Positions 1 through 12,372 of a stretch of DNA of 64,000 nt are shown piece after piece. The notes below the pieces were generated by a model that was not told the DNA's origin, did no database searches, and saw only the letters and a program-made list of their open reading frames with translations. The translations under genes were made by a program, and so were the position numbers. Within the stretch, counting starts at the first letter, position 1; every line of letters begins with the position of its first letter. This DNA is from Torpedo marmorata (lineage: Eukaryota): contig OZ360219.1 in assembly GCA_977017645.1 (NCBI GenBank), positions 211,358,001-211,422,000 on the forward strand, given 5' to 3'.

Positions 1-1075
1 AGAAATAACTATATTTTTGTATTCACAAGATCGAGTTAATGGGATAATTTGACTATCAATAAAATAAATAGTCAATCCGTGAGTATGTACGGTGAACAGA
101 AGAAAAAAACGAATATTCCCTGTCTAGTGGATGAAAAAAAAATGCCAGACATCAATAATACCACATTTTAATAAAAATAATTGAATGAATAAAGCCGATT
201 TGTTCAAAGTGGCTTGTTTAGGAGAAGAACAATCTAAAACTGGGTCTAAACAGCAATTAAAGTCTCCCCCATCACTAATGAATAAAGAGTTAAATGAGAT
301 AAGAGTGAAAAAAGTTCAAAAATCCAGGATCATCCACATTTGGAGCATATACATTAGCAAACACCACCAATTTATTATATAATTTCTCTGTTACAATAAC
401 AAAATGACCATTTGTGTCTGAGACATCATTATGTTGAACAAAGGGAATTGTATGATCTATAAAGATCGATGCCCCTCTGGATTTAGCCTGGAATGAAGAG
501 TGATACCGCCGCCCATTCCACCATCTAAAAAGGCGTGTGTTATCACTTTTGCGTATATGAGTTTCTTGAAGAAATATTATTGGAACCTTAAATTTTTTAA
601 CTTAAGCAAAAATCTTATTTAGTTTTACAGGGTGAATAAAACCATTAATGTTAAAACTAATTAAAGCAATAGCTTGACTCATTTTAAATACTTAAAAAAG
701 TAGAAAAACTAGCAAGTAAAAAAACTTATTTCAGTTAGATTTAACAGAAGTTGAAAATAAGCTAACCAAAAACAGATATGTTTCTTCATGGCCAAAACAG
801 CTTCCAGGAAAGAGTTAACCTCAACTACATCCTGCTCCCACAGCCAGAAAGCCGACCAAAAGACAGCCGGCATGCTAATAACTAATTTACTCATCCCCCA
901 AAATTCCTGCTGGCAAAACTCCAATATTATAATGAAATCTAAAATGTGTTCCAAACAAGACAAAATATTTCTACTGCAATTAATGCCAAGGTCCGAATTT
1001 CACAGAACTGAGACTGCATTTTAAACCATTGATAACAAAAGAAAAACCTGAGATTAAAACTACACATATTAAAAT
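1..1075 (-). mobile_element. Old L1-clade LINE: degraded ORF2 endonuclease N-terminus and inter-ORF region (continues at 16635-17965)
   Basis: Reverse strand of ~400-580 reads FLQETHIRKSDNTRLFRWWNGRRYHSSFQAKSRGASIFIDHTIPFV, an APE-type endonuclease motif; frameshifted. Confidence 0.8.
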
Positions 1076-2260
1076 ATTGATTTAAATGTTTTTTTAAATA
1101 TTTTATTTTAAAATTTAAATCACATGATAATACATATTTATAAATACAAAATTATCAAAATACATGTGATATATTTTCACCCTCCACTCCCTCCCTTCCC
1201 CCTCCCAAACCCACCCACCCCTACTACTCTAATAATATAGAGAAAAAAGTATAGAATTTGGAGAATGTCAATCTAAAAAAGAACAACTATTATACATTGA
1301 TTTTATTGTGGAACACAGGTTCGCCAGTCAGACCCGATATCGAGAGATCCTCAAATCCTTAAGCCCACAGTCTTTATATATGGGCTCCATATTTTCAAAA
1401 AGAAATGATATTTGTTATGTAAATTATAAGTAATTTTTTAAAGTCGTATAGCTGAATGAAGTTCTGCATGCCATCTTTCTAACCGTAAATCTACATCAGA
1501 CTTCCATGTAATAGCAATGCATTTCTTTGAAACAGCTAAAGCAATTCGCAAAAATTCTATTTGATACATAATTAATCTCATTTTAATACTAATTATTTTA
1601 ATATCTCCAAACAAATATATCATACGATTCATTGGGAGTGTAATTCTTAATACTTTGTCTAAAAACTTTTTAACTTTCAGCCAAAAAGCATGTATCCTTG
1701 GACAAAGCCACGTAGAATGTACAAAAGAGCCTGCTTCTCAATTACATCTAAAACATAAATCTGATAGACTCGAATTAAATTTCTTTAATTAATTAGGCGT
1801 TAAGTATAATTGATGCAAAAAGTTATATTGCACTAACTTATATCTAACATTAATAATTTTCATCATACTTTGTTTACATAATTCTTTCCAATGTTCTTCA
1901 TCTATTGTTACATTCATATCTGATTCCCATTTTAATCTTGATTTATAAATTCCTGGTTTAGGCATTTTTTTCTGTAACAATCTATACATTTGAGAAATAA
2001 ATTTATTTATACCCCCATTAGTAACTAATAGTTCCAATTCACTTTGTCTTGGTAAAATTAAACTATGACCTAACTTTTCAACTAAAAATGTTCTTATTTG
2101 ATAATAAGCAAAAAGTGTATTATTTAATACATTAAACTTCTCTTTCATTCTTTGAAACGTAATAAATTTACTAGCTTCAAAACAATCATTCACATTTTTA
2201 ATCCCTTTTTGAAACCAAATTTTAAACAATTGATTATCAATAGTAAATGGGATGTTTATT

Positions 2261-4271
2261 TTTTTTTATTATTTTATTTAAATTTTTAAATCACACAATA
2301 CATAAATCAAAATATATAGTTTCCAAAATACAAGTGATATAAATTTCCTCCCTCCGCACACTCCCACCCTTCCCTACCCCCCCCCAACCCCACTATTCTA
2401 AAAAATAGTAAAAAAAAGAAAGAAAAAGATTAATAGTGAGGAGAGAACCATCTAAAAACTACTTTTATTCTGGAGGTTAAACTCGCCAATAGACCTGATT
2501 TCTAGAGATTTCAAATCCTTAAACCCATAACTCTCATATATGGGCTCCAAATTTTTAAAAAAGAATGATATTTATTGCGTAAATTATAAGTAATCTTTTC
2601 CAAAGGAATACATGAACGAAGTTCTGCATGCCACCTATCTAAACTTAAATCTAAATCTGATTTCCAAGTAATAGCAATACATTTTTTTGAGACAGCTAAA
2701 ACAATTCGCAAAAATTCTACCTGATACATATTCAATCTATTCCTAATACTAAATTTTCTAATATCTCCAAATAAAAATAACATAGGGTCCATTGGAAACA
2801 TAACGTTAAAAACTCTATCTAAAAAATTCTTAACTTTCAACCAAAAATCTTGAATCTTTGGGCATAACCATGTAGAATGAACAAAAGAACCTACTTCATT
2901 CTTACATCTAAAACACAAGTCCGACAACGTCGGATTAAATTTCTTTAATTTTTTTGGTGTTAAATATAGTTGAAAAAAATTATATTGTACTAATCTATAT
3001 CTAACATTAATAACATTAGTCATACTTAATTTACATAAATCTTTCCAATGATTTTCAGCTATATTAACATTTGAATCTAATTCCCATTTTAGTCTTGATT
3101 TATGTAATCCTACTTCAGGCATTTTTCTCTGAAATAATTTATACATTTGAGAAATAAACTTATTAACATTTGCTTTTGTTATTAATAATTCTAACTCATT
3201 ATGTCTTGGAGCAATCAAATCTTCTCCTAATTTCTCAATCAAAAAAGATTTAACTTGATAATAAGCTAACCATGTATTGTCTAATACATTACATTTTTCC
3301 TTCAATCTTTGAAACGTAACAAATCTTCCAGCCTCAAAACAATCTTTAAAATTCTTAATTCCTTTTTGAAACCACGCTTTCAATAACTGATTATTCATAG
3401 TAAATAATAAAAGTGGATTTTGATATAATGGCATATTTAAAGAAATTAATCCTTTCCCACCTATTTCTTTATCTACCTGTGTCCAAATTTCCAACAAATG
3501 TTTAATAATCGGTGAATTTTTCTTTTTTACTAATAATAATTTAGAATTCCACTTATAGATAATATCCTCATTATAATTTTCTCCTATATTATTTAATTCT
3601 ATATTAACCCAAGCAGAATTTGTAGTTAAATCAAAAAATTCATTAACAAATTTTAATTGAGCTGCTTTATAATAATATTGAAAATTAGGAAGTTGCAATC
3701 CTCCCATCTCATAATTCCATGTTAACTTATCCATACTCACTCTTGCTAACTTCTCTTTCCATAAAAGTTTCCTAATAATAAACTTTAAATCTTTAAAAAA
3801 AAATTTTGGAATTCCAAAAGGAATTGATTGAAAAAGATATTGAATTCTTGGAAAAATATTCATCTTAATACAATTTACTCTCCCCATTAAAGTTATAGGC
3901 AAATCTTTCCAATTTTCCAAATCTTTCTTTATTTTCGTAAATAAGGGTACATAATTTAATTTATATAAATTTTCTAATTTTGTATCCACTTTAATTCCCA
4001 AATATTTAATTCCTTCTTTTGCCCACTTAAATTCCGTAACTTCTCTACACCTAGTATAATCACCTTGAGATAAAGCCATTATTTCACTTTTATCTGAATT
4101 AATTTTATACCCAGATATTTCACCATATTCTGTTAATATGATAGCTAATTGTTGAAGTGATGTAATAGATTTTGTCATATATCTTAATACATCATCTGCA
4201 AACAAACTAATCTTATGTTCTTCCATACCTACTTTAATCCCTACTATATTAGGATCTGTCCTAATCAATTC
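2261..4271 (-). mobile_element. 5'-truncated L1 (copy B) inserted into copy A
   Basis: TSD aatgggatgtttatttt at 2246-2262 and 4272-4288; RT SLFADD motif and C-terminal CFRC...H...C region; poly(A) tail. Confidence 0.92.
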
Positions 4272-6521
4272 AATGGGATGTTTATTTTGATATAAAGGCA
4301 TTTTACGAGAAATTAACCATTTCCCTTCTATCTCCCTATCCACTTTATTCCATATTTCTAACAAATGTTTTAAATTAGGAGAATTTTTACCTCCCCTTAA
4401 TATTAATTTAGAATTCCATTTATAAATAACTTCTTCTTTTGAATCCTCTCCTATATTATTTAATTCTATTCTAATCCAAGCAGAAGATTTTTCTAAATCA
4501 AACATTTCATTAATAAATTTTAATTGGGCTCCCTTATAATAATTTTGAAAATTGGGAAGTTGTAAACCTCCCATTTCATAATTTCAAGTTAATTTCTCCA
4601 TACCTACTCTGGCCAACTTTCCCTTCCACAAAAAAATTCCTAATAATTAAATTTAAATCGTTAAAGAATTTTTGAGTAATTTAATAAGGAATTGATTGAA
4701 AAAGATATTGAATTCTTGGAAAATCATTCATTTTGATACAATTTACCCTTCCTATTAAAGCTATAGGTAAATCTTTCCAACTCTCTAAATCTTTTTTAAT
4801 ATTAGTAAATAATGGTAAATAAATTAATTTATATAAATTACCTAATTTTGTATCTATTTTTATTCCCAAATATTTAATTCCATTATTTGACCATTTAAAT
4901 CATGTAATTTCTTGACATTGACGCAAGGACATTATAATAAATGTAATAATTTCACTTTTATCAAAATTAATCCTGTACCCAGATATTTCCCCATATTCTC
5001 TCAATAAAACAGTCGATTGTGTAAAAGAATTAATAGGTTTTGTCATGTAAATCAATACATCATCTGCAAATAAACTAATTTTATGTTCTTCTTTTCCAAC
5101 TTTAATACCTACAATCTTAATCTTGTCTAATTAATTCTGCTAAAGGTTCTATTGCTAAAATAAACAATGCTGGCGACAAAGGTCATCCTTGTCTAGTTGA
5201 CCTAGTCAACAATAAATTTGAAGAAATTTATCCATTTGTCACCACTCTGGCAGAGTGTTCTTTGTTTATTGTTTTAATCCAATTAATAAATATGGTTCCA
5301 AAACCAAATTTTTCCAACACTTTAAATAAATAATTCCACTCTAATCTATCAAAAGCCTTTTCGGCATCTAATGTTAATACTAATGCTAATTCCTCTTTCT
5401 TTTGTGCCACATTTATTAAACTAATCAATCTGGCAATATTATCCTTTGAATATCTATTCTTAATAAAACCCGCTTGATCTGCATGAATTAAATCTGGTAA
5501 ATATTTTGCCACTCTATTTGCTAAAATTTACGCCTTTATCTTATAATCCACATTTAACAATGAAATTGGTCTATATGATTCTGTTTTCAACAAATCTCTA
5601 TCTTTTTTAGGTACAACTGTTATTATTGCATTTGAAAATGTTTCCGGTAGAGAATGAGATTCCGTTATTTGTTTTAACACCTCCATATATGGAGGTATCA
5701 ATAAATCCTTAAATTCCTTATAAAACTTTGATGGGAAACCATCCTCCCCCAGAGACTTTCCACATTTTAAAGAACTAAGAGCATCATTAACTTCTCTCAT
5801 CGTAAACAATGCATCTAAAAATTTTCTACTTTGGGTATTTAATCTAGGTAACTTAATTTTAGATAAAAATTCATTAATTTTAGAATCATCTTTATCGGTT
5901 TGAGATTTATATAAATTTTTTATAGCACTTACAGTTCTAGTAATTTGTTCTTTCTTTAATTGCCATCCTGACATTTTATGAGCTCTTTCTCCCAGTTCGT
6001 AATATCTTTGCTTAGTTCTTTCAATTATTTTATTCCATTTTATATGTTTGTAACGTATTATAATGCAATCTTTTTTTCAATTACATTTTTTCTCTTTTCT
6101 TCTGTTCCCTTTTCTTGCAAATCTTTCTCCAAAAACTTAATCTCCCTCTCCAGATTATCCAATTCCTGAATAAATTCCTTCTTTTTTTATTATTTTATTT
6201 AAATTTTTAAATCACACAATACATAAATCAAAATATATAGTTTTCAAAATACAAGTGATATAAAATTCCTCCCCCCGCACACTCCCACCCTTCCCTAACC
6301 CCCCCAACCCCACTATTCTAAAAAATAGTAAAAAAAAAGAAAAAGATTAATAGTGAGGAGAGAACCATCTAAAAACTAATTTTATTCTTGAGGTTAAACT
6401 TGCCAATAGACCTGATTTCTAGAGATTTCAAATCCTTAAACCCATAACTCTCATATATGGGCTCCAAATTTTTAAAAAAGAATGATATTTATTGCGTAAA
6501 TTATAAGTAATCTTTTCCATT

Positions 6522-7386
6522 TGTTACAGAATCAAACCAGCAACGCCAGAAGACGCAATGCAAAAGGGGTAAAAATTGAAATTATTATTTATTAAACACA
6601 AGTAAACATATAATTTCACAACAATTAACCCCACTATAAACGTCTATAAACTCTATTCTTATCTAAAAGGTGTATGTGTGTGTGTGTAAAGCCCAGACCA
6701 TTACAGTCTGTGCCCAACCCTTATGTAAAAAAATGGAAAAAACTTTCCCCAAAAACCCCAGGTCAGTCATAAAAAAACAAGTCAGTCAAAAAAAAGATAA
6801 ACAGTCTACAAATTTACTCTCTAAGTTCAGGCTTCAACTTTTCCTCTGGGTCTGGTAGAAGTACTTCTGAATGAACGTTGGAGAGAGACAAATGACTGAT
6901 TATGCTTACAAATACTTGTTTTCTTCTCTGATGACGTCCCCTTCTTGTAGGTTCATAAGGATTGCAAGTTCCAGATCCGTATATCTCTGATTTAGGCGTA
7001 TGCTTGAATCTCACAGCTAGCCTTGCTGATCTCACGCCTGTTCAACACCGAAGTTGCTTTTCTCTCAGAATTTCTCTCTGAGACAGGAGGCCATGTGCTA
7101 TTCTGTCAGTCTTTCTCTGACTTTTGCACACAAAATTGGATCTGGCTGTTCTGTAGCCTTGCAACTCACAACTGTCTGCTTTGCAGAGATCTGCCCCTGC
7201 TTTTTGCAAAAGTGCAACAATGTATCTATTCCACAGTCTGTCTGTCTCTCTCTCTCTCTCTCTCTGGGTACACCAAGTCCTGGGGAAGTTAACTTTTTCA
7301 GTACCTGGCCCCAGTGTTTCCTCCAAAAGAATTCATCCTTCCTGCTGACCGTCCACAGTCCAAATGGTCAGTCATGGTCCATAACA
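6522..7386 (-). repeat. 3' LTR of Gmr1-like element
   Basis: Direct repeat of 11507-12372; by eye it differs only in one poly(A) length. Confidence 0.95.
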
Positions 7387-7518
7387 CCTCCCACCCTCAA
7401 AGGAAATTTTGGTCTGCAAGAACAAAATTTAGGAAAGTAAGTGAGGTGTCAGAATATAAACAAAATCTACAATGTTCATCCACAAATACAAAATATGAAC
7501 TATTTTCATTAATAAAGT

Positions 7519-10500
7519 TTAACATCTAGAAAGACAATCAGCAATTACATTATCTCTCCCTTTTATATGAGTGATTACCAAATTATATTCTTGCAAAATT
7601 AGACTCCAATTCAACAACCGTCGATTCTTATTTTTCATTTTACAAAGAAAAACCAATGGATTATGGTCAGTATACACTATGAGTGGTTTTTGAGCTGTAC
7701 AGATATACACATCAAAATGTTGTAGAGCCAATACAAGAGCCAACAACTCTTTCTCTATAGTTGAATAATTCCTTTGATGATCATTGAACTTCTTTGAGAA
7801 GTAGGATACCGGATGTTCAATGTCCTCTTCGTTCTTCTTCTGTAACAGCACCGCACCCACAGCTTCATCGCTCGCATCCACGGCTAAAGAAAACGACTGT
7901 TCTAAATTAGGTGACTTAAGCACAGGTTGGTGGCATAACATGGCTTTCAATTTGACAAATGCTTCCTGACAACCTGTAGACCATACAAATTTCTCTTTCT
8001 TTCTAAGCAAATTTGTGAGAGGGAGCGCAAGATCAGCAAAGTTTTTACAGAACTTGCGGTAGTAGCCAATCATTCCCAGGAACCTCCTCAGAGTTTTCTT
8101 ACCAGTTGGAACAGGGAACTCGGAAATAGCGACAACCTTTGCCTCTACTGGCGCCAATTTCCCCTGTCCTACAACATAACTCCAAGAATTAACAGTCCCA
8201 TGACCCTCTCTGAAACTGGTTTTATCTGTCTCCTCCTTACCCCTGTCAATAACCAGTACCACTGGTAAATGTTCAGTCCCTTTGTGTGGCACCTGTTCAA
8301 AATATGGCTTTATCATATTCACATGACAGACCTGTGTGTCTCGTCTGTGATTAGGTGTTTCTATGACATAGGTGACCTCATTAATTTTTGACTTAACTTT
8401 ATAGGGTCCTGAAAATCTAGCCCTAAGAGGATTTGAAAGGATGGGAAACAAAACTAATACGTTCTCACCAGGTTTAAAAGTTCTCATCTTCGCCTTTCGA
8501 TCATACCAAACCTTCATTTTCTGTTGAGTGGCCTTCAAATTCTCCTTTGCCATCTCACAAGCCCTATGTAATCGATCCTTAAATTTGGAAACATAATCTA
8601 ACAGATTTAAATGCACATCACGATTAATCCACTGTTCTTTTAATAATCTTAAAGGACCTCTCACCTCATGTCCGAAAACTAACTCAAATGGACTAAAACC
8701 AAGCGAATCTTGGACAGACTCCCTCGCTGCAAATAACAACAAATGAACCCCCTCATCCCAATCCTTTTCCTTCTCACAACAATAGGTTCTAATCATGGTT
8801 TTCAAAGTCGAATGGAACCTCTCCAAGGCCCCTTGACTTTCTGGATGGTACGCAGAGGATACAATCTGTTTAACTCCTAGTCCATCAACCACTTGTTGGA
8901 AAACGCCTGACATGAAATTACTGCCCTGATCTGATTGAATTTCTCTTGGCAAACCTACCAAGGTGAAAAACTTTACCATAGCCTTTACAATTGACTTTGC
9001 TTTTATGTTTCTCAGAGGAATGGCCTCTGGAAATCTGGTGGCTGCACACATAATTGTTAACAAATACTCATTCCCTGCCTTGGTTTTGGGCAATGGGCCA
9101 ACACAGTCCACAATTACTCTCGAGAAAGGCTCACTAAACGCAGGGATAGGTTGCAAGGGTGCCACCGGGGGACCCTGATTAGGTTTACCCACCACCTGAC
9201 AAGTGTGACAGGCCCGGCAAAAGCTTACAACCTCCCTTCTCAAACTGGGCCAATAAAACTGTTTCATTATCTTACTTATAGTTTTCTTCACCCCAAGATG
9301 ACCACCTAAGGGTGTACTATGAGCCAAAGTTATTATTTCATCCCTATATACTTTAGGGATCACAACCTGCTGCACTACTGCCCATTCTTCATTTGCAGGA
9401 ACATCACGTGGTCTCCACTGTCTCATCAACACCCCATCTTTTCCATAATACCCTACTGGCACCTTTTTAATCTCCTCTTCAGAGAGAACCTTATCCCTCA
9501 CGTCAGCAAGATCAGGATCGTCCTTTTGCCTTGCTATTAACTCCTGTCGGGATAGTGACAAATCTGTGCCTTCAGGTGTCTTATCAGTGGATGGGTGTAA
9601 CATAGGAGATAGCTCAACCTTTTCCAGGTTTTCTTGATTATCCCTGTCTTTTCCTTTTACCAAGTTATTTTCCACTGCCTTCTCTACAGTGACATTTTTC
9701 TTAGACATGGCCCTGGTTATGGCACATGCCGGATAAATATCAGAGTCTTTCTCTGACTTATCAATGACTGGCTTAGTGGTCATTCGCACTGCAGGAACTA
9801 CTTTACCCTTGGCCAAGTCATTGCCTAACAACAGTGAGACTCCATCTACTGGCAATTCTGATCTCACTCCTATTATAACTGGTCCTTCCACCAAGTCTGA
9901 GTTCAATACTATTTTGTGCAAAGGAATGGACTCAACTTCACCACCAATTCCTTTTATTAAATTTATGTCACCGGTGTCAGTAGCTTCACAAAATTCCAAG
10001 ACACTATCTAACACAAGTGACTGAGCAGCTCCAGTATCTCGCAAGATTTTCACTGGCACTTGTTTTGATCCTGCCTTAACTGAAACAAAACCATCAGTCA
10101 CAAAAGGTTTAAATACATCTTTAACTTGGTCAGTAAATTTATCTCCTTCCTGGGTGTTATGCATCTTCTCACTCTGAATACAAGCATTAGGTGTTGCATC
10201 CTTTTCTCTCTTCTTTTTCAACACTGGACAGCTTGCTATTATATGACCTTCCTTCCTACAGTAGTGGCAAATGGGACCCGAATTGTTTTCCCTTTTCCAC
10301 TTTCCTTCATCCCTTTCCTTAACACCACTTCCAAATTTACTTTCCACTTGCTTCTGATTATCCACCGTGACCTTTTGGAAAATTCTACCTGACGTCCACT
10401 TAGGCTTGTGTGTTAAAGCATATCCATCTGCCAACTTAGCTGAATCTCGCCAAGTTTTCACCTCCTTTTCATCTAAGTATACCTTAATATCCTCAGGAAC

Positions 10501-11400
10501 ACACCTTTTAATCTCCTCGATTATTATCAATTCTCTCAATTGATTGTAATCATTGTTTACTTCCTTAGATGTGCACCACCTATCAAAACACACAACCTTT
10601 TCATAGGCAAACTCTGTATAAGATTGGGTTGCTGATCTTTTTAGATTTCTAAACTTCTGTCTATAAGCCTCTGGAACTAACTCATAAGCCTGGAGTATAG
10701 CCTTTTTCACCGTTTCATAATCAGCAGCTTGTTCTGTGGTGAGAGTAGAATAAGCTTGCTGAGCTTTTCCTTTAATTACACTTTGTAACATAAGAGACCA
10801 TTGGTCTTGTGGCCATTTCAATTTCACAGCCACTTTCTCAAAATGTTGGAAGTACTTATCTATTTCTGCCTCCTCAAATGGAGGAACCAACCTAACTTCT
10901 CTACTAGCCAAAAACCCCTCAGCAGGATGACGAATTTGATTTTGGTGCTCTTCTTGTCTCCTCTCATTTTCCAACCTCATCTTTTCCAGCTCATATTTCC
11001 TATTTTTCTCCTCGTTCTCATATCTCTTTTGTTCTCTGTCTATCTCCATTTCTAATTTCTTTTGTTCCAATTCCCTGTTCTTTTGTTCCCTGTCTGCCTC
11101 CAATTCCCTGTTCTTTTGTTCCAATTCCAATTTCTTTATTTCCAATTGTATGTTTTCAGAAGGTTTACCCTTGGGAAACTGCTCTAACATGCTCTCCTCA
11201 AATTTTTTTTCTTTTATATAGTATTTGACTATTTTTCTCCCAATCTCTGCCTTTTTCATAGATGGTTTTACAGAAGCAATGCCCAACTCTGTTGCTATAG
11301 CCACTAACTGTTCCTTTTTCGCCTTTTTTAAAGTATCAGGTTCAGGTGATTCCAAAAAATGTTCTACATCCATTGTTGCTGGTTTTTTTGTTACACACAC
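7519..11400 (-). CDS. Gag(SCAN-like capsid, CCHC)-protease-integrase-RNase H polyprotein lacking the RT core
   Basis: CHYCRKEGHIIASC zinc knuckle; LRDTGA protease; H..H/C..C integrase zinc finger; DCVGP...SDQG...E core; then YVVGQG...LAVDASD...YSTIEKE...TDHNPL RNase H; no YxDD motif. Confidence 0.9.
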   Translation of the reverse strand: MCVTKKPATMDVEHFLESPEPDTLKKAKKEQLVAIATELGIASVKPSMKKAEIGRKIVKYYIKEKKFEESMLEQFPKGKPSENIQLEIKKLELEQKNRELEADREQKNRELEQKKLEMEIDREQKRYENEEKNRKYELEKMRLENERRQEEHQNQIRHPAEGFLASREVRLVPPFEEAEIDKYFQHFEKVAVKLKWPQDQWSLMLQSVIKGKAQQAYSTLTTEQAADYETVKKAILQAYELVPEAYRQKFRNLKRSATQSYTEFAYEKVVCFDRWCTSKEVNNDYNQLRELIIIEEIKRCVPEDIKVYLDEKEVKTWRDSAKLADGYALTHKPKWTSGRIFQKVTVDNQKQVESKFGSGVKERDEGKWKRENNSGPICHYCRKEGHIIASCPVLKKKREKDATPNACIQSEKMHNTQEGDKFTDQVKDVFKPFVTDGFVSVKAGSKQVPVKILRDTGAAQSLVLDSVLEFCEATDTGDINLIKGIGGEVESIPLHKIVLNSDLVEGPVIIGVRSELPVDGVSLLLGNDLAKGKVVPAVRMTTKPVIDKSEKDSDIYPACAITRAMSKKNVTVEKAVENNLVKGKDRDNQENLEKVELSPMLHPSTDKTPEGTDLSLSRQELIARQKDDPDLADVRDKVLSEEEIKKVPVGYYGKDGVLMRQWRPRDVPANEEWAVVQQVVIPKVYRDEIITLAHSTPLGGHLGVKKTISKIMKQFYWPSLRREVVSFCRACHTCQVVGKPNQGPPVAPLQPIPAFSEPFSRVIVDCVGPLPKTKAGNEYLLTIMCAATRFPEAIPLRNIKAKSIVKAMVKFFTLVGLPREIQSDQGSNFMSGVFQQVVDGLGVKQIVSSAYHPESQGALERFHSTLKTMIRTYCCEKEKDWDEGVHLLLFAARESVQDSLGFSPFELVFGHEVRGPLRLLKEQWINRDVHLNLLDYVSKFKDRLHRACEMAKENLKATQQKMKVWYDRKAKMRTFKPGENVLVLFPILSNPLRARFSGPYKVKSKINEVTYVIETPNHRRDTQVCHVNMIKPYFEQVPHKGTEHLPVVLVIDRGKEETDKTSFREGHGTVNSWSYVVGQGKLAPVEAKVVAISEFPVPTGKKTLRRFLGMIGYYRKFCKNFADLALPLTNLLRKKEKFVWSTGCQEAFVKLKAMLCHQPVLKSPNLEQSFSLAVDASDEAVGAVLLQKKNEEDIEHPVSYFSKKFNDHQRNYSTIEKELLALVLALQHFDVYICTAQKPLIVYTDHNPLVFLCKMKNKNRRLLNWSLILQEYNLVITHIKGRDNVIADCLSRC

Positions 11401-11479
11401 ACTAGCTTTTAATTAGCTTTACCAAAAGGAATGCCTTAAACCAAACTGGGATTCCTTCAATTACCAAGATGGATTTTGA

Positions 11480-11503
11480 TTCAAATCCCGCAACGAGCCC
11501 CCA
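11480..11503 (-). promoter_or_regulatory. Primer binding site, tRNA-Pro
   Basis: Minus strand TGGGGGCTCGTTGCGGGATTTGAA, versus the canonical tRNA-Pro PBS TGGGGGCTCGTCCGGGAT. Confidence 0.85.
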
Positions 11504-11506
11504 ATT

Positions 11507-12372
11507 TGTTACAGAATCAAACCAGCAACGCCAGAAGACGCAATGCAAAAGGGGTAAAAATTGAAATTATTATTTATTAAACACAAGTAAACATATAATT
11601 TCACAACAATTAACCCCACTATAAACGTCTATAAACTCTATTCTTATCTAAAAGGTGTATGTGTGTGTGTGTAAAGCCCAGACCATTACAGTCTGTGCCC
11701 AACCCTTATGTAAAAAAAATGGAAAAAACTTTCCCCAAAAACCCCAGGTCAGTCATAAAAAAACAAGTCAGTCAAAAAAAAGATAAACAGTCTACAAATT
11801 TACTCTCTAAGTTCAGGCTTCAACTTTTCCTCTGGGTCTGGTAGAAGTACTTCTGAATGAACGTTGGAGAGAGACAAATGACTGATTATGCTTACAAATA
11901 CTTGTTTTCTTCTCTGATGACGTCCCCTTCTTGTAGGTTCATAAGGATTGCAAGTTCCAGATCCGTATATCTCTGATTTAGGCGTATGCTTGAATCTCAC
12001 AGCTAGCCTTGCTGATCTCACGCCTGTTCAACACCGAAGTTGCTTTTCTCTCAGAATTTCTCTCTGAGACAGGAGGCCATGTGCTATTCTGTCAGTCTTT
12101 CTCTGACTTTTGCACACAAAATTGGATCTGGCTGTTCTGTAGCCTTGCAACTCACAACTGTCTGCTTTGCAGAGATCTGCCCCTGCTTTTTGCAAAAGTG
12201 CAACAATGTATCTATTCCACAGTCTGTCTGTCTCTCTCTCTCTCTCTCTCTGGGTACACCAAGTCCTGGGGAAGTTAACTTTTTCAGTACCTGGCCCCAG
12301 TGTTTCCTCCAAAAGAATTCATCCTTCCTGCTGACCGTCCACAGTCCAAATGGTCAGTCATGGTCCATAACA
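11507..12372 (-). repeat. 5' LTR of Gmr1-like element
   Basis: Direct repeat of 6522-7386; followed on the minus strand by the PBS. Confidence 0.95.

Larger units (their letters stand above)
6522..12372 (-). mobile_element. Gmr1-like Ty3/Gypsy LTR retrotransposon with RT deleted
   Basis: Two ~865-bp TG...CA LTRs, tRNA-Pro PBS, PPT GAGGGTGGGAGG next to the 3' LTR, single ORF in the order Gag-PR-IN-(RT missing)-RNase H. Confidence 0.93.

Noticed and set aside
2511-4574. 687-aa ORF with an apparent internal duplication of the L1 ORF2 C-terminal region
   Set aside because: Chance in-frame fusion of host L1 A (4272-4574) with inserted L1 B across the TSD; not a gene.
6670-7529. Small ORFs duplicated at 11659-12387
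   Set aside because: They lie inside the LTRs; the duplication simply reflects LTR identity and no domains are recognisable.
11480-11503. tRNA-like sequence
   Set aside because: Only the 3' ~24 nt, positioned as a retrotransposon PBS; not a tRNA gene.
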